From NCBI RefSeq assembly GCF_009834535.1, contig NC_045696.1, positions 23,438,001-23,502,000 of the forward strand: a stretch of DNA of 64,000 bases, given 5' to 3'. Positions within the stretch are counted from its first letter, which is position 1, and each line of letters begins with the position of its first letter. Below the pieces are notes generated by a model. It searched no databases. It was not told the DNA's origin and saw only the letters and a program-made list of their open reading frames with translations. This document shows positions 54,368-64,000 of the stretch, in pieces. The stretch comes from Camelus ferus (Eukaryota). The position numbers and the translations under genes were made by a program.

Positions 54368-55135
54368 ACAGATTTTCTGCAAAGGTACAAAAACAATTCA
54401 ATGGAGGAGGACTTTTCAACAAATGATACTAGAGAAACCAGACATCCAAGATCAAAAAATTTGAATACTAAGCCGAACCTCACATTTTGTACAAAAATTA
54501 AGTCAGAACAGCTCACAAACTTAAATGTAAAATTATAAAACCTTTGGGGGAACTAAAATCACATGAGAAAATCTTTAGAATCCTGGAGCAGACAGAGAGT
54601 TCTTAGACTTGATACCAAAAACACGATACTTAAATACAAAAACTGATAAATTAGATCACATCAAAATGTAAAACTTCTGTGAGTTAAAAAAATTTTATGA
54701 AAAGACAAGCTACAGATTTGGTGGAAATATTTTCAAAACACGTATCTAACAAAGGGTTAATATCTAAAATAGATAAAGAAGTCTCAAACTCAACAGTAAT
54801 AAAACAATCCAATTAGAAAGTGACAAAAGACATGAACAAACATTTCATTGAAGAGCCTATATGGACAGCAACTAAGACATAGAAATGGTCAGCATCATTA
54901 GCAATTAGGGAAATGTAAATTAAAACCAACATGAGATGTCAGCACACACCTATCAGAAGGACTAAAATAAAAAATAGTGACAACATCAAATGCTGATGAG
55001 GATCTGGGAAATCATCACCCACACATCACTGGTGGGAATATAAAATAACACGGCCTTTAACAATTTGTTAGTTTCTTATGAAACTAAACATGTAACTGCC
55101 ATACAACCTAGCAATTGCACTTCTGGGCACTTACC
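54368..55135 (+). mobile_element. Second L1 (L1MC-like) ORF2 fragment
   Basis: Restarts at gattttctgcaaaggtacaaaaacaattcaatgg and repeats the ORF2 region through caacctagcaattgcacttctgggca. Confidence 0.85.
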
Positions 55136-55403
55136 TGAATGAAGTATAGCACACAAAGTTCAGTGTGAGGAATGATGCTAAGATATAGGCTGCTTGTTAG
55201 TCAGCCCTCCCAGTCTACCTTTCTTCTTTAACTTCAACCTGAATATTTTTTACTTTAAGTGATTTGGATAAAAATATACATACAGATGGGGCAGTGGGTG
55301 AGAAGAGAATTGAATTTTACTTTAGATTCTGCAGTGAATTTAATAAATGTGTGTTTTCCCCAGCTTTTATATTCTAATAGTTCAGTAAAATTTTATATAA
55401 GAA

Positions 55404-55775
55404 AAGTCAGACAGAGAAAGGCAAATACTGTGTGTTTTCATTTATATGTAGAATCTAAAAAATAAAACAAAGCAATAAATATCACAAAACAGAAAAAGAC
55501 TCACAGACACAGAGAGTAAATTAGTTAGTGGTTCCCAGAGAGGAGAGAGGTGGAGGACAAGTAAGATAAAGGTAGGGGTTAACGCACAAACAACTAGATA
55601 TAAAGTAAATAAGTTACAAGGATGTAATGTACAACACAGGGAGTATAGCCATATTTTATAATAACTTTATATGGGGTATCATCTATAAAAATATCAAATC
55701 ATTATGTTATATACCTAAAACTAACATAATATTACAAGCCAATGGTACTTCATAAATTAACAAGTAAATAAATAA
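55404..55775 (+). mobile_element. L1 3'UTR (L1MA-like), 5'-truncated
   Basis: agtcagacagagaaaggcaaatactg...atacctaaaactaacataatatt; TSD-like aaaattttatataagaaaa / aaaatattacataaggaaaa. Confidence 0.85.
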
Positions 55776-58700
55776 AATATTACATAAGGAAAAATTAAAT
55801 TGTAAAGTACCATGAATGTATATAGAGATGTTGTTCTTTGTAAAAGCAATAGTTCTTTGATAGAATTGTATTAAACATGCCTAAATTCAAAGTTATAAGA
55901 CTTCAATTACATAGGATATTTCAGGAGTGTTAGTTATTGAGATTTGCTAGTATGTTTGTAAAACATAATTTTATTAATTACTACAATGATACATTATATT
56001 CGAATCTTCTCAGCAGTGAGTCTATTAGGCAAACATATTTGAACTGTATTTTTCTGGAAAAGAAATCTCTTGGGACAGAAGTGCTGCTTTCTATACTGCC
56101 ACTCAATCAGGAGAGACCCCCAATTCTAAAATCCAACAGACAAGATTATGAGAAGTAACTCATTGTTGGTTGAGATTTTTTTTACTTTGATGATTCTTGG
56201 TTTATCTTTTGCCTGAGCTTTAGTTTCAGAATAATGCAAGTCCTTGTGTTTGTTCTAAATAAGTCAGTTCTGTCAACATGTTTTGACTTTTATTGGTTTT
56301 ATAAAACAATTTCCTAAGAATACAGTTTTGGGGTTGAAAGTGATTGTGGAGGAATTTTAATACACTCTCACATTGTATTTATGAAGACACCATTTTCATC
56401 AATAGCTCAGATAAAGAAAAATGGAGTAACCTCTAATCATCCACTTACCCATTAGTTAAGTCTCTCATCTGTGTAGCTATTTATTCATTACTTGTGATCA
56501 TTTCATTCTGTGTCACCACATCCTGAACACCCAAGAGAGACGCATTAATACACACTTTTTTCTCTCAGTACCCTTCACAAACTGCCCATGTGAAGCTGAT
56601 GATCCTTTTATGTTTAATAAAATCCACGGGATTGGCCCACCTTTGAACACTTTAAATGGAAGGAGTTACTTTCAAGAAGTGTGTTTTCAAAGGCAGCAGG
56701 AAGGGAAGGGCTGAGCAGCAGCCTAGTGAGCAAAATGCTAAGAGTTCCGCTGTCATCTCGACCCTGGTGACCCCTTCACTTCACTTCCCTCAGCTGCAAT
56801 AACACAGAGAGCTGCATTGCCCTCACTTACTCGAGGACATGAAAAGGAAACCATGCAACAAAAGTGAGTGGAGGTCAGACCCGGCGGTGAAGTCTTGTGG
56901 AAAAAGGCAAGTTGAAATCAGAAGACCTGGACACTGTTTTCCACTGATTCGGACGATGTGATCACAAATAAGCCAACACTTTCATTTCTTTATCACAAAA
57001 TGGCCATAATCACAACCAAAAAAGTAAATGTGCCTACTTTTAAAAGAAGGAATACTTCCAAAAGTACATTAAAATCCAAATAGAGGCTGCATTCATTTGA
57101 TATATTATTATAATTGCCAAATAAATAACAGAATTAGGTTTGACCTCATGATTCATTTCCCTAGGTTTGAACAGGAACCAAATAACTTTTTAGTCTTATG
57201 GCAAATGTCCTTTAGTCAAGGAGTTTTAAGTTTTTATTCAATAGAAAACAGATTGCCAAAGAAACAAATAAAAGGGCTTCTTAAGGGACATTAGTTCTTG
57301 GATATCAACCTTTAAAAACAAGGTTATGATGATACACTGAAGTGAATCAGAACTCAGTGGATTATTTTGTCAAATGATTTTAGAAAGAGAGAAAATGTTT
57401 ACTCAGACGTGACTGGAATTTCAGGAAAGGCAAACAGAGAGCATATTTCATGCCATATTTCTGGTCCTTAAAGATTGTAGTAATGCACTGAAAACTGTAT
57501 TAAATAAATAACAGATGACTTTTTAAAAGATGCCACTAAAAAAAAAAGTAGCAATTACTTTTAAACCGAAAATACCTATTAGCTAGTATTAGATAATTTT
57601 CTTTGTCATTTTTCAAACTCCACGATATTTCATGACTCTAGCAAATCAGTAACTTAAAACATATCTTTATATATGCTGGCAATTCCAACACTTAAAATCA
57701 GTAGGAGCTAAGAACAGTATCTGAGGAAGCTGAGAAATGCAACATAAATACTTTCAACTTACCTGCCTCTTTTCTTGACCAAAGACTACAAAATGTCATG
57801 TACTTTATTGGCTATTCCTTCTGAACACTGATAATAATATGATGGGAAACATCATCTTGTCATATTCTCCTAACTACTTAAAGAGTTTTAGTCTCTTACT
57901 ACAATTGGCTTTAACATATTCAATACAGAAGGTGTTCACATTATATGAGGATATTGACAAAAAATTGTTTTCAGGAAGAATTTAGGTGATTTGAAGTCAA
58001 AGCAGAGCTGAAAACTAAGTGCCTGCTGGTTTTGCCCACACCATCTAAAGTCTGATATTGCAGTTCGCTTTTCCTTGCTGAGCTGTTTGCTCTTCCATAA
58101 AAAACAAAATTATGTGAAATTGCATGAAAAGTACATACTGTGACTTTAAAAGGGTGGGGTGCTGAAAACTGCTTATAGGAAGTAGAAACTGTAACAGAGA
58201 ATTGAAATATAGAAAGCCAGAAAAAAAATCACCGGACTTAAACATTATAATGTATCTTCTACTGCAGCAATTATATAAACTGAAATTATAACCTAATTTT
58301 TGCCTAATTATACCTTATAATGTAAGACACAATAATAATTGAATTTGTGTCATAGTTAAGATTATTATTCTAACTTATACTACATCATCCCTACTACTCT
58401 GAAACACTTATTCCCAATCAATGTTAACTCTGTATGAAAAGAAGAAAAGTCCTCAGCAGTCTATACATGCAATCTATATCCACTGAGTGAGTTAAATGGT
58501 ACCTGGGAAATTGTTTGATACAGTTCCAAAGAGTGGAATATCAAAAACAGCTTATACCAGTGAGATTTTGTATTATGCCATTGAATTAATGAAGACTTTA
58601 ACATAATTTTTGAAAATGAAACTTCAAAATGCATCCATTTATGGATCTGTAGAGACAAAATTATGATTACTTCCAATCAAAATAGCTGAAGCATTTTTTC

Positions 58701-59239
58701 TATTACTTAACCAAATTTAGCTAAAACTTATTGTCTATTACTTACCCACTTGTGTTAAAAAGGAAGGTAACTAATATTTCTGGCATCTTCTACTTACAGA
58801 AATTTTCAAATGTTTTATCATTTAGTCCTTACAACAATCTTATAAGTCAGGTTATTATTTTTATTTTACAAATAAGGAAACAGAGACACATAAGCAATTT
58901 TCTAAGTAAATGACAGGGCGGTGATTTAAATTCATTTAACTCAAAGTTTATGGCAAAATACTGAGAAAGTGTGATTTAAAGATTATAAAGTGGTATTATT
59001 TTTTCTGTACTTTTTCAAATTTGTGAATGAATTTCATAATACAAGTCAGACCATCTAAATAAGAGTGTACAGAAGACTTATAAAGCAATTAGTATATTTC
59101 AGAATCAGATCAGTGCAAGGAAGGACTAACCATCCCATATGGATAACAAAATTTCGAAGGAAGCCTGAGATGGGAGTGGAGGTGGTAATGGAAGCACTGC
59201 AGGCAGTAGCTAGAGCACACATACATCTCTCCAAGTACG

Positions 59240-59480
59240 AATAAGTTAAGTAATGTCTGTGGGATACAGACTCTCTACTAGGCACTGTTCTTGACATATT
59301 ACCTCATTCCATTCTCACAACAACCCTAAGATTTAAGTACTTCCGTATCGCCATTTTACAGATAAGGAAACAGGAGCACAGATATTGTAACTTGCCTGAA
59401 GTCATGGAACTATTCCACAGTAGACCCAGGAATTGAACCTGAGTAGAACATGATAGCTTACACGCTAATCCATTATGCAA
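59240..59480 (-). mobile_element. MIR SINE
   Basis: ctaggcactgttct...tctcacaacaaccctaag...ccattttacagataaggaaacaggag...aacttgcctgaagtca...ggaattgaacctgag. Confidence 0.8.
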
Positions 59481-60162
59481 TAAAGAATGTACTTTAAGGC
59501 ATATGATTATTGTGTATAATTGTCAGGACTATTTATCAGTTAAGTTTTTCAGAGGCCAGTGAAGACATTTGGAAGACCAGTGTATTCAAAGAACATTTAA
59601 CAGATCCTTAACAACTTTTGCAACATGATTTAAATAATTAATTGTGTGTAGTGGGTACAATATGCAGTATAAAGAACAGGTATTCACAAAATGCAATTTA
59701 TTTTTTCTGTTACTCAGTTTATTTTCTGTAAGAAGCTTCCAAGTAGTCACAATATAAAAATGTAATCTCCTCTAAAAATCTATTTGTCACATCATTGGGT
59801 TTTAAGTGCTCGGGTGAGTGGGAGTTGCTGGGCATCTGGACCTTGCTTTGTGGTCTGTACCTGCTAGCATCTCCTAAGATCAGCTGAGAAAGCCACAATT
59901 CATTTTGGTGCATGAATTTCTGTCTAAACAGGTCACTGCAAAGTCATTGGTCTCTCCAATCCAAAAGGCATGCTCTGTCTAGGCTACCTCCCATAGTCTT
60001 TTAGGGTATGTAGGTTTATTCTGCTGTTCCTCGTCACACAAATCACAGAGACTTACAGGAGGAGAGGGTATCTGTAATCTCTAACTACTTCCTTGCTCCT
60101 CTTCGTTTCAGGGAATATTTGTACTTATCAGGTGCCAACCTGGGTTATGAGAAAAAAAAAAG

Positions 60163-60588
60163 TGTGTTATCATAAGTTGAGCAGAGATATTTGTCCACCC
60201 AAATCCGTTTTGTGTTTTTCCTGAGCTAGTATTCCATCCTCCCTTGCCAGGAGGTGTGGCCATGTAATTGGGCTTTAACCAATAGGGCATGAGTAGAAAT
60301 AATACGCGCTACTTCCGGACTGGCCCCCAGCCTTTCACACATACTCCTCTGTATTCCTTCCTCCTCTGTTGTCATGACACAGACAAATGAAAGACAAATG
60401 AATCCCTAGAGGCTGAAAAGATACAGTTGTACAAGCTGGAAAAGACCTTGCTTCCTGAATGATAGAGCAAAGAGTCCTGATCTGAAACACTCACTAGGAC
60501 TGTTGCTGATCAACAAATGAACTGTTTTTGTCTAGCCCAGTACCAGATTAAGTCTGTTTCTTATCACAGACAAGTTTATCCTAATACA
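60163..60588 (+). mobile_element. MLT1 (I/J-like) solo LTR
   Basis: cctcccttgccaggaggtgtggccatgtaa...ccaataggg...gagtagaa, ending cctaataca. Confidence 0.75.
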
Positions 60589-62934
60589 CATACCCATCTG
60601 ATTAAACATGTTCAACGGTGGTTTCTGTTCTGCACTTCTGGTGTGCCTCCATGGGCTGCACTGGGGGAAGGGTTACAGGCACCGCTCTCACTCCGAACCC
60701 TCAACTTTATCTGGAGGGTCTGAATGACCCCTAGTTCATCCAAGAGAGGGGTCATATCCCCTTTATAAAGGACTTTCAATATTTATCTACTCGTTGCTAC
60801 TCCATCTTACACTCCTCTTTCCCTAGCTCCAGGAATCTACTATTTTGGCGGGAGGCAGAAAGTTTTGTGTTATTCACCAATTACTCTTTTTCTTTACCCA
60901 TGTTGAACAGATTAAAATATCATTAACTGAGTATTTTGGAAATAAGTAAGGAAATAAATAAGTAGTTTTCTAGATGATTAATTGAGAGAAGAGTAAAGAG
61001 TACAAAGAAAAGCAAAAGTGGAGAAATCTCTGTTCATACTTTCAAATATGACCCCAGGACATCTGCGGTCCTCTGTCAAATGGATCACATACCTAAGAAC
61101 TGCATTATCTCTTGGGGTCTCAGTAATTAGCTTGAGTCCTACCCAGAATTGGGGGGACTGTGATAGTTGAAAATGATTAATATTTTTGATGGTGAGGAAT
61201 TTGGTCAATGCACAAATTACTTATTGAATATATACTACTATGCCAGTCACTGTTCTAGTTTTGAAATCTCTAGAAGTACAAATATTTGTAGTGAATGACT
61301 AACGATGTTTTCTCTCAGGATGCAAGGACCCAACAGGGGGACGCCACCCTTGCTTCACGCGTGACGCACACTGAGATGGTAAACAGAGACCAGGGAAACA
61401 TTATGTAATTCTCCCCAGATGTTTCCATGAGGTTGCTCATGTGACCCTGAAAACACCTAGGAGTGCTGAAGTGTGAGAAGATAAGTGTAGTCCCCCTTGT
61501 ATTGCTTCTAGAAAGCAGTTAATGCCACAGGCCCCTTGGGTCTAGTTCTTTTTTCTTTAACGTTTGCATATTTAATGGACATACCTACCTATTTTTGCAA
61601 TACATCTAAAAACATAGAATCCAGGTATCATCTTGTAAAATATGCTCATGGAGTCAATTGCAGCACAGATCTTATGTTTCCACAAAACTACAAATGCCTG
61701 ATAGGAAAACTTCTTTTAAATTTATTTCTTATTGAAGTATAGCTGATTTACAATGTTAGTTTCAGGTGTATAGGAAAGTGATTCAGTTACATATTCTTTT
61801 TTTTTTCAGGGTCCAGTTCTTGACTTGAGATACTTTTCTTATCCCTCAACCCTGTACAGAAAGTACTCACAAGGTTTTGTGATATAGAACTCAGATATCT
61901 AAGAAAATTGCCAACTGCCTCAAATTCCTCTACGGCCTGTCCCCCTCCTTAATCTGGAACAAAGGAGCACATATTCAAACCGTATACTTGACACATGCTT
62001 GGATAAACTACAGTTTCCTGATTAAATATGCAGAGCAAATTCCAACACAGGTCCCAGGTGATATGCTGGGTGTTAAGTTTCCCAAAATAATTTTTTTACC
62101 AGTTTCTCAGTCGTGATTCTATCTTGGTTTTAAACGTCAATCCATATTGTACAAAGTCTCACCCCAGCTGGTTAAGCTGAGAGCAAGAAATGAAAATCAG
62201 ATTTGATTCTCATATAATAAATACAGGAATTGTGACTTCAATGATGGAACATTGGAGAACTGAAGGATAGGGGATTTTTTGGTTTCTGGAGAATTTTCTT
62301 CTTCCAAAAACAACTTGACTTGCATGGCTTGGGATATTTTGAGGTTACAAGCTGTGGGTTAAAATTAAGTCTCAGGGCTCACAAGTCTGGTAAAACCACA
62401 AAGTTCTGTCTTGAATGGAATTTCTGGCAACACCAAGTTTTGCTTGCTTTCACCTGAAACCGTAATGAGAAGAGTCAAGTTTGGTTTGAGTAGAGAAAAG
62501 AGAACGTAAACAAAGGAAACTTGTTTATCACACAACAGAGCAAGCAGGCAGTCTCCCTGGTGCCTGATCTGCCCAGCACTTAAGCAAGAATTCCGGAGAA
62601 ATGTTCAAAGAGCCACTACTGTTGCTTCACCCAGTTTTTCCCCAAAGATTTGGGCATTCACGTTTCATCGTCCTGGGGGAGGGCATGGGGGTAAAGCTGC
62701 ATATTTGTGGACAGTATGGCCATGGTTGGGAAATACCGTTGTGAGAACATGCTGGGTATAACAGCCAAAGTGCTTCTCCACATATTCAGTCAAATTAATC
62801 CCTATCTGCCTCCCTCTCCCACTTTTTTGACTTTTAGTAACTTCTTTTCACCCCACTTCCATGTAACTCATGCCTTTTAATTTTCAATACCTTTATTATT
62901 GATCACTAAAAATAAGTCATTCTTAGTTTGTAAA

Positions 62935-63945
62935 GATGGAGAGGCACTTTTGCCTATTTCTCCCACTAAGTACAGCTGGATATCCTGGACTCTAAAGAAG
63001 GCTCTGAATGGTGGGTAGAACAGGATGGACCGGCTTCAACCTGTGGACCCAGGGAAAGCTTACACCGTGGTAAGATTCCCGGGCTTTCTGTCTCACTTAC
63101 CTCAGACTCAGAGCTAAAGAAACCAGCAGGCGGGAAATGTTAATGGGCACCGACAACCAAGGCACAACAAAAGTCTGTTTTTCTCTTCCCAAAGGACTAG
63201 GGTCAGCCTAGATTATAAGAACTCAAGTCCCAAAGAATACCACAGAGACATCTGCGCCCCACACCCAGCTCCCCACCCTCACCCCCGGCCTTCTGCTCTG
63301 TGGTGTCAGAGGAGGCTGAGTGAGGACTAGGGAAGTCCAGCTCCATCAAGCATTCATGAATCCCACCCTGTTCTGGTGTCGGCAGCACCACATGGGGAAT
63401 CTGGACTTGTACCCCGACGCTGTCGTCATATAGCACCCCTCCCGCTCTGTGCTTCAGTGGCATCATATGAGACCTAGTGGAGGGTCCGAACTATACCAGT
63501 GCCACCCTCCCCTTGCCCCACATACCAGTGGAGGACACACGGGAAGCAATAAGCAGGCATTCTAGCCAGGGAGGTATCAGTGAAGGTCTCGGCAGAAGCC
63601 TTAATTCTCACCCACAGCCCAGAAGTAATGAGGGCCGCCTTAAGAACCCCCTCCCCCAACCATCAGGTCAACAAAGGCGGGGGAAACCTGGATTTCCACC
63701 TTCCTTTAGCAGTAATGAAGAGGTGCTCCCACATCCCTTGTTAGTTTCAGAGGAGGCCTGGTTAAACAAAAGATGTCGATGAGATCCAGTTTCATAGTAC
63801 AACATTCAAAATGTCCAGGATAAAATCACAGATCACTTACCTTACCAAGAACCAGGAAAATCTCCACCTGAATCAGAAAAGACCATCCACATATGCTAAT
63901 ACCAAGATGCTGCAGATGTTGGCATTATCTGACAAGGAATTTAAT
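62935..63945 (+). mobile_element. Old L1 (L1M4/L1MC-like) 5'UTR and start of ORF1
   Basis: aaaatgtccagga...accaagaaccaggaaaatctc...gaaaagacca...atgctaataccaagatg...cagatgttggcattatctgacaaggaattta is typical of L1M 5' ends. Confidence 0.75.
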
Positions 63946-64000
63946 GTAATTCTTCCTTAGCAGATTTGCTGTAACGGTTAGTTTCTCAGTGCAGTGGGCA

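Noticed and set aside
57763..57785. Minus-strand micro-exon with a perfect CAG|GTAAGT donor
   Set aside because: It is 23 nt (not frame-preserving), the acceptor tract is weak, and there is no other support.
63203..63782. GC-richer region with three ORFs of 61-101 aa
   Set aside because: It lies within an old L1 5'UTR; the ORFs reflect GC content.

Overview
This is AT-rich, CpG-depleted mammalian genomic DNA. It is probably camelid (camel, alpaca or vicuna), inferred from two tRNA-derived SINEs resembling the camelid vic-1 family. I could not recognise any host protein-coding exon, rRNA, tRNA or CRISPR. The window reads as intronic or intergenic DNA dominated by decayed transposable elements: L1, L2, MIR, MaLR/ERVL/ERV LTRs, and hAT and Tigger DNA transposons. 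The few ORFs I could assign are transposon fossils (L1 ORF2 C-terminus, hAT dimerisation domain, Tigger C-terminus, MaLR internal ORF); the rest look like chance ORFs. The most notable feature is a single ~310-bp CpG-island-like patch (~18240-18550) with YY1, GC-box, CRE-half and RFX-half motifs. It lies inside what looks like an old solo LTR and is a candidate TE-derived promoter. Several isolated splice-site-flanked segments, mostly on the minus strand, could belong to a non-coding transcript but are unproven. I found no convincing novel biological system. Repeat family names come from recall of consensus sequences, not a database search, and boundaries are approximate.
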